Shown here in pieces: positions 1-9,330 of a stretch of 30,047 nucleotides of DNA. Below the pieces are notes generated by a model that worked only from the letters and a program-made list of their open reading frames with translations, ran no database searches and had not been told where the DNA came from. Within the stretch, counting starts at the first letter, position 1. Each line of letters begins with the position of its first letter. This stretch comes from Bdellovibrionia bacterium. Lineage in GTDB: Bacteria > Bdellovibrionota > UBA1018. Made by a program: the position numbers and the translations under genes. The DNA lies in contig JBJMMA010000072.1 in NCBI GenBank assembly GCA_045805065.1, forward strand, positions 1 through 30,047. The letters run 5' to 3'.

Positions 1-32
1 CGCATCTAACTTAAAGTGATATATTTTGCCTG

Positions 33-1526
33 ATGAGCGGCCTTGATCTTCCCAGACAAATCAAAGCGTTAGACGAAGAGATTCGATCGGGACGAGCGCG
101 ACTAGCGCGCCCTGTTCTCGTGGAATGGCTTAAAACGGATGCTCATCGCCTTTTAAACCGCCCTGACCGAGTGGAAGTCGGAAGTCTGTGCCGCCGATTA
201 GGTCTCTTCACCTGGTCTGTCAGGCTTCTTAATCCTTGGGTTCGACCCAAAGCCCGCGCGCAGGCAAATGTCGCGCTTCCTGAGGAGATCGCAGAGTACG
301 CCGCCTCCCTCTCCTTTTTAGGAGCAGATCGGGAAGCACTCACGCTTCTGCGCGAGGTCGATACGAACAAAACTCCTCAGGCGCTTTTGTTTGCTGCGTT
401 CGCGCACTTCAGTCGATGGAAGTATGAGCAGGCGATCCCTGATCTCGAAAAATATGTGAGCCATCCCTCACTCACGGATTACGCCCGCATCATCGGGCAA
501 GTGAATCTTGCGGCGGCATTGATCTTTTGTGAGCGCTGGACGGACGTTCAAGCTCTGTTGGAAGGCTTGATCGAGAACACTCGCCGCAACAACTACTCCT
601 TGCTCCTGGGCACAAGCCTCATGATCTCCGCTCAGCACTGGATTGGCGTGGAAGACTTTGAGCGTGCAAGAAAAGATCTCGAGCAAGCGTCAGCTTTGAG
701 TGAGTCGATCGATGGCATGGACTTACTGCTCATCGAGAAATGGAAAGCGATTCTGGATCTCGCTCGCGACGGAAATTCTCGCAGCGAGCCCCTCCTGAAA
801 ATTCAAGCCAAAGCCCGAGAGCTCAGGGAATGGGAGACGGTTCGAGACTGTGACTTTCATCTCGCACGCTACACTCAGGATCTGCAGCTTGGGCGACATC
901 TTTATTTTGGAACTCCATTTGATGCTTATCGAGCAAGACTGATCCAGAAGCTGAGGATATCTGAACCTGAAGCGACAGAGCGCTTTGAATGGCAAATCGG
1001 ATCAAGAGGCAATGAGTTCCAAGTCGACGTCGTATCTGGCGAAAGCTCCACTCGAAACACGTCTCTGAAATTTGGCCAAGTTCCGCAAAGACTCTTAGCA
1101 CTCCTAGTCTCAGACTTTTATCGTCCGCATCGAATCGCGACACTTCACGCTGATCTCTTTCCAGATCGACACTATCATCCGCTCCACTCTCCCGCCGTTT
1201 TGAGACAAGCGATTTTAAGGCTTAGGAAATGGCTTTCTGAAAGTAAGATTCCACTTCAGATTGAAGAAGATCAAAGCACGTATCGATTGAAGGCACTTCG
1301 GCGTTGCGAGATTCGCGTGCCTCCCCTGGAAATATCCTCCGCGTCCACTTGGGCAGACTCTTTAAGAGATGAGCTTAACAGGCGAGGCTTCATTAGTCGC
1401 TCAAGCGCTGCACTCTGCTGGCATGTCTCGGAGAGAACTGCATTCAATCGTTTACAGGCTTTAGTGGCAGAAAACCTTCTCGTCCGAGAAGGAAAAGGAC
1501 ATGCCACTCGTTATCTTTTTAAATAA
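33..1526 (+). CDS. TPR-like helical-repeat protein with C-terminal winged-helix and DeoR-like HTH domains (putative transcriptional regulator)
   Basis: 497-aa ORF. The N-terminal two-thirds has TPR-like helices (ALLFAAFAHFSRWKYEQAIPDLEKY; AQHWIGVEDFERARKDLEQA). An OmpR/SARP-like wHTH follows (QRLLALLVSD...LRQAILRLRKWL), then a terminal HTH (ISRSSAALCWHVSERTAFNRLQALVAENLLVREGKGHATRY). Confidence 0.7.
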   Translation: MSGLDLPRQIKALDEEIRSGRARLARPVLVEWLKTDAHRLLNRPDRVEVGSLCRRLGLFTWSVRLLNPWVRPKARAQANVALPEEIAEYAASLSFLGADREALTLLREVDTNKTPQALLFAAFAHFSRWKYEQAIPDLEKYVSHPSLTDYARIIGQVNLAAALIFCERWTDVQALLEGLIENTRRNNYSLLLGTSLMISAQHWIGVEDFERARKDLEQASALSESIDGMDLLLIEKWKAILDLARDGNSRSEPLLKIQAKARELREWETVRDCDFHLARYTQDLQLGRHLYFGTPFDAYRARLIQKLRISEPEATERFEWQIGSRGNEFQVDVVSGESSTRNTSLKFGQVPQRLLALLVSDFYRPHRIATLHADLFPDRHYHPLHSPAVLRQAILRLRKWLSESKIPLQIEEDQSTYRLKALRRCEIRVPPLEISSASTWADSLRDELNRRGFISRSSAALCWHVSERTAFNRLQALVAENLLVREGKGHATRYLFK

Positions 1527-1540
1527 TGCACCAAATACTA

Positions 1541-1574
1541 AGTTTTAAGGTGCCAAATGGGTACCTTAAAGACT
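1541..1574. terminator. Hairpin between convergent genes (possible terminator or small REP-like palindrome)
   Basis: agttttaaggtgcc-aaatg-ggtaccttaaagact forms a ~14-bp stem with one G-T pair and one bulge, 15 bp after the stop at 1526. No clear U-tract. Confidence 0.4.
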
Positions 1575-1636
1575 GGCCGAAGGGCTCGTCGTAGATGACG
1601 GGTTTATTCCCTGATTACGCGGAAAGCGCTCGAGGC

Positions 1637-2269
1637 TTATAAACAGCCGATTTGAAAAGAAAGATCGCGCTTATTGGTTGGATCAGGAATGTTGTTCGCG
1701 TCGGGATTGAACCAGCCCAAGCCGTTGTATGCGAGCGCTTGGCCATCCGGATAAGTGTTGGTGTCCGTACCAAGCCAGGCGATATAAGCGGAATTGCTCC
1801 AGCCGGTGCTGGAGTTGAGAACAATCCAGTAAGTCGTCTTTGCCGTAAGCTCAGCAATGGGTGCGCCTAAAGTGAAGGTCACTACTTGTGCTGTCGTCGT
1901 GACCTTGGAAACTGAAAGCATGGAAGTTCCAAGCACGGTGCCAGTCAGATCAGGAGCGCCGTTCTTATCAGCAACGATTGAGACGTAGAGATTTCCGGAA
2001 AGATTTGCACCCACTCGTTGAAGACCTAGTGCCACGGTTTTCACGTTCTTGACCGTTGCCTGAGGCTTGAAAGATTGAGCAAGCTCGTTGCCCCCCAGGC
2101 TTGGATCGAGAACATTCAGTGCGGCGCTGCTGACAGTACTCACTGACGACGCCGCACAAGTCAGAGAGCTTCTCCCGGCATCCACCGAAAGGTCACGGCA
2201 AGAAACTGCGCCAAACCCTAATGCGGCCATTCCGATACTTGCTAATGAGACTTTCAAAATCGGCTTCAT
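1637..2269 (-). CDS. Lipoprotein with beta-rich domain resembling choice-of-anchor R
   Basis: Signal peptide with lipobox-like AVSC. The pattern LAQSF...VALGL...VSIVADKNGAP...VTFT...TTYWIVL matches that family as recalled. Start placed at ATG 2269 because GGAG lies just upstream. Confidence 0.6.
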   Translation of the reverse strand: MKPILKVSLASIGMAALGFGAVSCRDLSVDAGRSSLTCAASSVSTVSSAALNVLDPSLGGNELAQSFKPQATVKNVKTVALGLQRVGANLSGNLYVSIVADKNGAPDLTGTVLGTSMLSVSKVTTTAQVVTFTLGAPIAELTAKTTYWIVLNSSTGWSNSAYIAWLGTDTNTYPDGQALAYNGLGWFNPDANNIPDPTNKRDLSFQIGCL

Positions 2270-2320
2270 CTTGCTTCTCTCCACTGATGCCCGAAGGGCA
2301 GTCTGTAACGGGTTCTATAC

Positions 2321-2337
2321 AGCAAAGTCAGCGCCAA
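2321..2337 (-). promoter_or_regulatory. Putative sigma-54 (-24/-12) promoter for the lipoprotein gene
   Basis: The minus strand reads TTGGCGCTGACTTTGCT, with exact GG-N10-GC spacing and close to the TGGCAC-N5-TTGCW consensus, about 50 bp upstream of the start. Confidence 0.6.
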
Positions 2338-2507
2338 AAGCTCGCAGCGACATTCTTCAACCATTCTGCAGCTTTAGTTTAAGCCACAAATCGGCTGAGA
2401 CCCTCAATCCTGAACGACTGTCCAAATTATTGACAGGTTCATGGATAGATTCCAGGGCAAAAGCAACTTTCTTCAAGTTTCGCGTCTTGGGCGACGAAAA
2501 GTGAGAC

Positions 2508-2873
2508 ATGAAAGCTCAAAAGATCCTGATGGCTTTGGTGGCAACTCTCCTCTCTGGCTGCGCAACGACGGCTAATTATCAAGCCAAAGTTCAAAGCTGG
2601 GAGAACCACGACGCACTGGCTCTTGTGAAAGCGTGGGGTCAGCCTGATTCGGTCGAAAAAATGAGCAACGGAAACAAGATGTACGTCTACGCTCGCCTCA
2701 AACACATGCCTGTGGCTTACGGATCGCAAAGAGCGATTGCAAGCGTGGATGCAAAGCAGACTCCGGCTGGTGGCGAAGTTTACATTCAATGCGCGACTTA
2801 TTTTCAACTCTCGCCAGCAGGCAAAGTCGTCTCGACTGAGTTCCGTGGTGACGAGTGCAAGTCTCGCGACTAA
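2508..2873 (+). CDS. Small lipoprotein of unknown function
   Basis: Lipobox LLSGC. LVKAWGQPDSV resembles the SmpA/BamE-like fold motif. Two further Cys residues could form a disulfide. Confidence 0.75.
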   Translation: MKAQKILMALVATLLSGCATTANYQAKVQSWENHDALALVKAWGQPDSVEKMSNGNKMYVYARLKHMPVAYGSQRAIASVDAKQTPAGGEVYIQCATYFQLSPAGKVVSTEFRGDECKSRD

Positions 2874-3002
2874 TCTGTTGATCTTCTAGACATCCGTAAA
2901 GAATCAGACTTCTTCCACTTCGAGTGAAACCGTTCACTCGGCCGAAATCACTCGCGTTTTCATGGCTGCCCCCCAGCACAACGATTGCACCATCAGCTGG
3001 GT

Positions 3003-4040
3003 ATGAGATCCCAGCTCTATCCATTCAAAGTGCTCGCAGCCGTACAGTGCATCTGGATCTCAGCTCTATTACTGGCACTCGGAGCCTGCAAAGGATCCGA
3101 ACAAGAAGCGACGCCGACCATCCAAAGCGCTCGCGAAGACCTTCCCTCCCCGATCGATCCTGCAGCCCTCAGCGAGTTCAAAGATGCGTTTGAAAAAGAT
3201 GAAAGTCATTCAGTGCGCTTTCACCTTCTTTCGCGGAATTTCTACATGAGACAGCGGATCGGTCAGATCTTCATTGGCTGTAATCTCGATGGAAAAAACG
3301 AGCGCATCTGTCTTTTAGACACGGGAACCGCAGCATCGAGCGTGCCCGAAGATCCCTTCACGCTGACCTATGATTCGGCTGGAAAGGTTTATTGGTATCT
3401 CAAGGGAGCCGTGACTCAGGTAGGTCATTCCATTGACCTGAAAATGTTCCTGGCTGCAGGGGCCGCCTTTAGCAATACCCGCCTCATGCGCCTGTTCCCG
3501 ACTTATTTTCCAGTCAATCTGGCGTCGCAAGGAATCGATGGTGTGATTGGAGAAGACTTGCTTCTTGAAAGCGGCCTCACCCTCGATTTTAAAAACTCGC
3601 GAGTCGAGATTGGAAGAATCGGCGATCGAGATAAACTCCCCAACTCTTTTCGGCTGAATCTGAACCAGCAAGTCGTGATGCCTGTGGAGCTCAATGGAGA
3701 CGCCGTTGAAGCTGTTTTTGATACCGGGGCTTCGTTTACGGCCGTGAATAGGAAGTGGATCCAAGCACACTCGGATCAGTTTGAAGAGCTTGAAGACGCG
3801 GCGGAGAGAACTTTTTCAGGTGAGATCAATAAGACTCATGTCTACCGAGCCAGAATGTTGAAGGTCGGGGAAGTCGAGTTTTCATCGCTTTATGTGATCG
3901 CGCTCGATTTTGCCCGGATGCCATGGCTGGATTCAAAAACCGTGGTCATCCTGGGCTATAACGTGATCTCAAAAGGCAATTGGAAACTCGACTACCCTTC
4001 CTTGCACTGGTCTTTTAACGCCCCGTCACTGCGGCTTTAG
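3003..4040 (+). CDS. Two-domain retropepsin-like aspartyl protease, probable lipoprotein
   Basis: Two catalytic motifs, LLDTGT and VFDTGAS, each followed by a hydrophobic-Gly motif (DGVIGED, VILGYN). Lipobox LALGAC. Start uncertain (TTG 2985 or ATG 3003). Confidence 0.8.
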   Translation: MRSQLYPFKVLAAVQCIWISALLLALGACKGSEQEATPTIQSAREDLPSPIDPAALSEFKDAFEKDESHSVRFHLLSRNFYMRQRIGQIFIGCNLDGKNERICLLDTGTAASSVPEDPFTLTYDSAGKVYWYLKGAVTQVGHSIDLKMFLAAGAAFSNTRLMRLFPTYFPVNLASQGIDGVIGEDLLLESGLTLDFKNSRVEIGRIGDRDKLPNSFRLNLNQQVVMPVELNGDAVEAVFDTGASFTAVNRKWIQAHSDQFEELEDAAERTFSGEINKTHVYRARMLKVGEVEFSSLYVIALDFARMPWLDSKTVVILGYNVISKGNWKLDYPSLHWSFNAPSLRL

Positions 4041-5373
4041 CGTCCACGCGTCCTTGTGATACGACTTTGCCGTTCAGATTAGCGGATGGAGCGCTCGAAT
4101 TGATGAGACGTGATTTGACTTCTTCTGCGGTCAAATTCGGAGACTCAGAAAGCATGAGAGCCGCGACACCAGCCACGTGTGGCGTTGCCATCGACGTTCC
4201 GCTCAAGCTCTTGTAGCCGCTCTTCTTGTAGGTGCTGAAGATGTTCACTCCAGGAGCAGCGACATGGACCTTCGTTGCGCCGTAGTTTGAGAACTTGGCA
4301 AGCTTCTCGTTATTATCGATTGCCGCGACAGATACGATGTTAGGCAGGTCATAGCTTGCAGGATACGAAGGCATTCTTCCGTCGTTGTCCTTGCCTTCGT
4401 TTCCAGCTGCTGCGACAAAGAGAATGCCTGCATCGCTTGCCGCTTTGACGGCATCGTATACGGTTTGCGAGAAACCACCGCCGCCCCAGCTGTTGCTCAT
4501 GACGTTGACTTTCATCTTGCGTGCGTAGTTGATCGCATTCACAGCATCAGTCATGCTGCCGCTTCCGTTCTTGCTCAAGAACTTCAGAGGCATGAGCGAG
4601 ACTTTCCAGTTCACGCCGGTGACGCCGATCTTGTTATTTCCGGCTGCGCCAATCACGCCTGCGCAATGGGTGCCGTGGCCGTTGTCGTCATCTGAGTTAG
4701 CGCCGTTCTTTTGGAAGTTCCAGCCATGGATATCATCGATATATCCGTTGCCATCGTCATCCTTGCGATTGTTCGCGACTTCGCCTGGATTGGTGTAGAG
4801 ATTGTTCTTCAGATCCGGATGATCCCATTGAATCCCGGTATCGATGACGGCAACCACGACGTTTTTATTTCCAACGATTCCTTGTTGCCAAAGTGGAAGA
4901 ATATTGAGGTCGATACCTGGAACGCCGGTTTTGCCGGCAGCGTCTTTTTGTCCGCCGTTATACATATTCCACTGCTTGGCAAAATTGACGTCGTTTGGAG
5001 TGCCTTGAAGGGAGTCGGCAGTGACCATCGTGTGATAGATGTAGTTGGGTTCCGAGTACACAACCGCAGGCTCGCCTGCCAGAACATTGAGAGCCGATGC
5101 GGTCAGTCCGTCGTCCTGCATCTTGATCACAGCCAGACTCGGATCCGTTTCCAGAGGCTGAACCGTTTGAATGGCCGTTGCACCCAGACGTGAATGAATC
5201 GTGCTCATGACTTTCACGTAACCCGCACGAGAGCTTGCTCCGTCTCTGAACTTTACGACTACTTCACCCGGGACATGGTCAGGCAAAGCGTCTTGTGCAT
5301 AAGCTGGGTGAGCAAAGGCTTGAAAAACGGAAAATAGGACTAGAACCGCGAGAATGCGGAAAAGGGATGGCAT
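4015..5373 (-). CDS. Secreted S8 subtilisin-like serine protease with N-terminal prodomain
   Basis: Signal peptide. Catalytic triad motifs VAVIDTG, GHGTHCAG and SGTSMATPHVAG; oxyanion motif AAGN. Confidence 0.95.
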   Translation of the reverse strand: MPSLFRILAVLVLFSVFQAFAHPAYAQDALPDHVPGEVVVKFRDGASSRAGYVKVMSTIHSRLGATAIQTVQPLETDPSLAVIKMQDDGLTASALNVLAGEPAVVYSEPNYIYHTMVTADSLQGTPNDVNFAKQWNMYNGGQKDAAGKTGVPGIDLNILPLWQQGIVGNKNVVVAVIDTGIQWDHPDLKNNLYTNPGEVANNRKDDDGNGYIDDIHGWNFQKNGANSDDDNGHGTHCAGVIGAAGNNKIGVTGVNWKVSLMPLKFLSKNGSGSMTDAVNAINYARKMKVNVMSNSWGGGGFSQTVYDAVKAASDAGILFVAAAGNEGKDNDGRMPSYPASYDLPNIVSVAAIDNNEKLAKFSNYGATKVHVAAPGVNIFSTYKKSGYKSLSGTSMATPHVAGVAALMLSESPNLTAEEVKSRLINSSAPSANLNGKVVSQGRVDAKAAVTGR

Positions 5374-5413
5374 TGGCTGGAACCCTCCTTGGATTCAGAT
5401 ACCGAACGGCTAG

Positions 5414-5441
5414 ATCTTATTTTGCCAATGCCGATTGTCAA
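5414..5441 (-). promoter_or_regulatory. Putative sigma-70 promoter of the subtilase gene
   Basis: Minus strand TTGACA-N16-TAAGAT in the psd-subtilase gap; AAGGAGG RBS downstream. Confidence 0.55.
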
Positions 5442-5448
5442 GAAATGG

Positions 5449-6357
5449 TTAGAGCAGGCTTGCGACAGGCTCACCGAGTCGGATCAGAGTCTCGCGTTGT
5501 TTTGCGGTCTGTTCCAGAAGATCCGCATCAGGCTTCCAGCGCCCTGGCTCGCCGAAAACGATCACAGTCGATGCGCCAAAGAGGAAATATCCTTTTTCGT
5601 CACCGCGCTGAAACGTCCCGTTAGCCATCTGATTGGCAGCATGAGTCTGAACGATTTTCCCGACACAAAGGGCTCCGACTTCCACATAAGCAAGACGTCC
5701 AAAGTTCTTGGTCTCAAGGATACTGACGTGGCGCTCATTCGTTGCCAGGATCTCGCCCTTATAACGAAGCGCCAGAGGATTCACCGAGTGAAGCTTGCCT
5801 GGAAGCCTGCGTTGCTCGGTGATGCGACCGTCATCCGGAAAGTGGAAGCGATGGTAATCCGTTGGGCAAAGACGCGCGAGAAGCATCGGGCCACCTTCAA
5901 ACGGTGCGGCAAGCGCTGCATCTTCCAAGACCGCTTTTGCCGTGAGCCACTGCCCTTTGACCGGAAACTCAAGCGATGGATCAACGCGGTCAAACGCGAA
6001 ATAGCGCGCCTCGCTGAACGCAGGCATGCGACCCGGCGCGGCTTCAAAGTGGCGTGCGCCATCACGAAATTTCCGGATAAAGAAATCGTTGAACGAGTCA
6101 AACTCGCGGCTCTCGTACTCTTCCATCGGAATTTTGAATTTCTCGATAAAAGGGCGCACTTTGTGCCGGCTCATGGATGAAGCCTGATACGCGCCATAGA
6201 GCTGGCTTGGAAGCCTGCGCGAGAGCACTCCATCCGCCAGTGCCTGACCGATCGGAGTGCCATAGAGCCATCCCACGACGGCCTCGCCATACACGGCTTC
6301 AGTCTCTTCAGCTTTTTTGTCTCGGTTCCAGTAGCGAATCGGTTGCGGTGTGCTCAT
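5449..6357 (-). CDS. psd: Phosphatidylserine decarboxylase proenzyme
   Basis: Motifs SFNDFFIRK, RLCPTDYHRFHFP, NER and EVGALCVGKI, and the C-terminal autocleavage region GYFLFGASTVI. Confidence 0.93.
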   Translation of the reverse strand: MSTPQPIRYWNRDKKAEETEAVYGEAVVGWLYGTPIGQALADGVLSRRLPSQLYGAYQASSMSRHKVRPFIEKFKIPMEEYESREFDSFNDFFIRKFRDGARHFEAAPGRMPAFSEARYFAFDRVDPSLEFPVKGQWLTAKAVLEDAALAAPFEGGPMLLARLCPTDYHRFHFPDDGRITEQRRLPGKLHSVNPLALRYKGEILATNERHVSILETKNFGRLAYVEVGALCVGKIVQTHAANQMANGTFQRGDEKGYFLFGASTVIVFGEPGRWKPDADLLEQTAKQRETLIRLGEPVASLL

Positions 6358-6380
6358 GAATGTCTATTCTGGTGCGTTGT

Positions 6381-7196
6381 TTAAACTTTTTTGCGTAATC
6401 GCAGCTTACGACTTTTTTTCTCAGCCGCAAGAACTGCTTTAATGAGCGTGACCCGGAGCTTTCCTTCTTCAAGCGCCATCAGCCCATCGATTGTGCAACC
6501 GGCAGGAGTGGTCACTTCGTCTTTCAGCTCGGCAGGATGTTTACCACGCTCGAGCAGCATCTTAGCAGATCCCGATAAAGTTTGTGCAGCAAGTAACGTG
6601 GCAACATGCCTTGGAAGCCCGACTTTGACGCCTGCTTCGCTGAGTGCCTCAATGATGAGATAGACGTAGGCAGGCCCGCAGCCGCTCAAACCGGTCGCTC
6701 CATCCATGAGACTTTCCTCAAGCTGAGCGGTTTTTCCCAAGGTTCCAAAAATCTTTGCCACAAGCTCAGAGTGGGCGCTCTTGGCGGAAGGGCCTGGGCA
6801 ATACACAGTCATTCCCTCCCCGATCAAACAGGGGGTGTTGGGCATAGCACGAATGACGGCAGCCTTGCCTCCCGACCATTCATGAATCTGCTGCGAAGTG
6901 ATGGATGCGCAAATCGAGATGATCAGATGTTTTGAAGTGATTTGGGTTGCGACGGATTTCAGAACCGATTCAGCCTGGTGGGGTTTCACGCAGAGAAGGA
7001 GAATGTCTGAATCCTTCACAAGATCCGCATTATCCGTTGAACAACTGATTCCTAGACGCTTTGAGGCCTCTTTGGCGCTTTCTTGGGAACGAGTGGTTCC
7101 TCGAATGTGATAGTCGCGGTTGTGACCCGTTCGTTTGAGTCCCTGAACAACGGCTTCGCCCATCTTCCCTAAACCCATGATTCCGATTTTAGTCAT
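6381..7196 (-). CDS. proC: Pyrroline-5-carboxylate reductase
   Basis: GxGxMG Rossmann motif, CVKP, RAMPNTP, TGLSGCGPAY and VTTPAGCT. Start placed at MTKIG after a GAGG RBS. Confidence 0.95.
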   Translation of the reverse strand: MTKIGIMGLGKMGEAVVQGLKRTGHNRDYHIRGTTRSQESAKEASKRLGISCSTDNADLVKDSDILLLCVKPHQAESVLKSVATQITSKHLIISICASITSQQIHEWSGGKAAVIRAMPNTPCLIGEGMTVYCPGPSAKSAHSELVAKIFGTLGKTAQLEESLMDGATGLSGCGPAYVYLIIEALSEAGVKVGLPRHVATLLAAQTLSGSAKMLLERGKHPAELKDEVTTPAGCTIDGLMALEEGKLRVTLIKAVLAAEKKSRKLRLRKKV

Positions 7197-7224
7197 CTTA
7201 TCCTCTGGCCCTCTGGTGGAAAGA

Positions 7225-8496
7225 CTAGTTTCTGATCTGGCCATTGCCTTCGATGATCCAGCGAAGACTGGTGAGCTCACGCAGTCCTACAGGCCCACGT
7301 ACATGAAGCTTTTGCGTGCTGATCCCAAGTTCGCCCCCCAGGCCCAGCTCAAAACCATCTGTGAACCGCGTGGAGGCGTTCCAATAAACTGCTGCCGCAT
7401 CGATTTCTCTTTCAAAGCGACGCGCTGCCTCGGGCGATTTTGTGATGATCGCCTCGGAGTGGCCTGAGCCATGACTTGAGATATGCTCTTCAGCCTCGAC
7501 TTGCGAGCCCACCACCCGGCAGTTGATCTTGTAATCCAGATACTCGGTGTCCCAGCTCTCCTCGCTCGCAGGATACACTGCCTCGCGGCCTGAAAGGATC
7601 TTCAGCGTTTCAGGGCAGCCGAACCACACGACGTTCTTTTTCTTGAGAGTGTCGTAGAGCTTGGGAAGAAGTTTTGGGGCAACCTCATGGTGAACCAGAA
7701 GCGTCTCCATCGCGTTACAGACACCTGGACGCTGCGTTTTTGCGTTTGCCACGATGGTTTGAGCCATCTCAAGATCCGCATCCTCATGGACGTAGACATG
7801 GCACATGCCGCGATCGTTCTTGATGATCGGAATGGTCGAGTTTTCTACCACGTAATGTATCAGAGAATCGCCTCCGCGAGGAACGACCACATCAATCCAT
7901 TGACGTTGCTTGAGAAGAAAAGCCGGGATCTCGCGATCTGGATCTGAGATCCCCCACAAGACCTCGGGTGCAATATTTTGCGAATCAATGGCTTCGCTCA
8001 GGATCCCGTAAAGAACATCTGACGTGAGCCTGGACTCTTTTCCGCCCCTGAGAATCATCGCATTGCCTGCTTTGAATCCCAGCGAGAAAGCCTCAATGGC
8101 AACGTTGGGTCGCGACTCAAAGATCATGAAGATCACGCCCAGTGGAGAGCGCGTGCGCTGAACCCTCAATCCGTTCTCAAGAGTCTTCTCCTCATCAATC
8201 TCTCCGACAGGATCAGAAAGCGTGGCGACTTGCTTCAGGCTTTCGATCATCTGATCGATGCGCTTGTCATTCAAAGTCAGTCGGTCGCGAAATGCGGAGG
8301 TCGACTTTGCGGGATCGAGGTTTTTTAAATCCTCTGCGTTTGCCCGCAGAATCACTTCTTTCATTTCCCCTAAAAGCTTTGCAGCCTGAAGAAGAACGGC
8401 GTTCTTTCGCTCCGCCGACGCTGCTCGCAGGTAGCGCGCCGAGTTTTTAACAAGCTTGAGCTGATTCAGGAGATTTTGCTCAAGCTCGGTTTTCAT
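7225..8496 (-). CDS. proA: Gamma-glutamyl phosphate reductase
   Basis: PLGVIFMIFESRPNV, RPGVCNAMET (catalytic Cys), NASTRFTDG and GISTQKLHVRGPVGL. Confidence 0.97.
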   Translation of the reverse strand: MKTELEQNLLNQLKLVKNSARYLRAASAERKNAVLLQAAKLLGEMKEVILRANAEDLKNLDPAKSTSAFRDRLTLNDKRIDQMIESLKQVATLSDPVGEIDEEKTLENGLRVQRTRSPLGVIFMIFESRPNVAIEAFSLGFKAGNAMILRGGKESRLTSDVLYGILSEAIDSQNIAPEVLWGISDPDREIPAFLLKQRQWIDVVVPRGGDSLIHYVVENSTIPIIKNDRGMCHVYVHEDADLEMAQTIVANAKTQRPGVCNAMETLLVHHEVAPKLLPKLYDTLKKKNVVWFGCPETLKILSGREAVYPASEESWDTEYLDYKINCRVVGSQVEAEEHISSHGSGHSEAIITKSPEAARRFEREIDAAAVYWNASTRFTDGFELGLGGELGISTQKLHVRGPVGLRELTSLRWIIEGNGQIRN

Positions 8497-9326
8497 TTTG
8501 AGGATCTCCGTCTCTTTTTCTTTTGGCTCTTTCTCTTTTGAGCCTCAATCACCGTTCCAACCGAGTGATTTTCAGCGGCATGTAAAAGAACGGATGGCAC
8601 ATCTCCTCGAACAAGCCAGGTTTCAGTCCCGCTTTTTGAAGCCTCAGCGGCTGCGCGAATCTTTGAGTACATCCCGCCTGTGCCGCGGTTGTTTTTCTTT
8701 TTACTCGAGGATCGGGAACTTCCCTCTAGCGCGCGCAAAAGCTTGGCGTCGACGCCTTTGAGCCTTGGAATCAGCTGCGCGTTTGGATTGGAATTTGGAT
8801 CGGAGTCGTAAAGACCCGCAACATCCGTCAAGATCAGCAAGCGATCGGCTTCAGCAACGCGCGCAACTTTGGCGGACAATGAGTCGTTATCGCCAAATTT
8901 GATTTCTTCAGTGGCCACAGCGTCATTCTCATTCAAAACTGGAACCACGCCCCAGCTCAAAAGCTCTTCCAGAGTATTATGGAAATTCTCGCAGCGCCCG
9001 GGATCCGCTAAATCGCTATAGGTCAGGAGAATCTGCGCCCCTAAAAGGCCTGAAGTCTGAAGCGCGATATTATAGAGATCCATGACGAGCGGCTGACCGA
9101 TTGCGCTCAGCGCCTGCTTTTCGGAGAGTTTTCGGTTCCGTTTTTTGAACTCGGTGCGATCCACGGCGGATGCGATTGCGCCCGACGTGACCCAGATCAC
9201 CTCGATCCCGAATTTTCTCCGAAGCTGCGCCACCTGCTGCATCCATGCGCGCACGAGGAGTGGTCCGCCGCTGCAGACGATGTTACTTCCGGCTTTAATG
9301 ACCCACCGCTTTTTGGGTTTGGTCAT
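8493..9326 (-). CDS. proB: Glutamate 5-kinase, short form lacking the PUA domain
   Basis: VIKAGSN, VTSGAI, AIGQ, NENDAVA, FGDNDSLSA and GTGGMYSK. 277 aa; 4-bp overlap with proA. Confidence 0.95.
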   Translation of the reverse strand: MTKPKKRWVIKAGSNIVCSGGPLLVRAWMQQVAQLRRKFGIEVIWVTSGAIASAVDRTEFKKRNRKLSEKQALSAIGQPLVMDLYNIALQTSGLLGAQILLTYSDLADPGRCENFHNTLEELLSWGVVPVLNENDAVATEEIKFGDNDSLSAKVARVAEADRLLILTDVAGLYDSDPNSNPNAQLIPRLKGVDAKLLRALEGSSRSSSKKKNNRGTGGMYSKIRAAAEASKSGTETWLVRGDVPSVLLHAAENHSVGTVIEAQKRKSQKKKRRRSSK

Positions 9327-9330
9327 GAGA

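Noticed and set aside
2088..2504. 138-aa plus-strand ORF spanning the divergent intergenic region
   Set aside because: Overlaps the lipoprotein gene and its promoter; no protein-like features.
5389..6180. 263-aa plus-strand ORF antisense to psd
   Set aside because: No domain motifs and a TTG start; psd explains the region.
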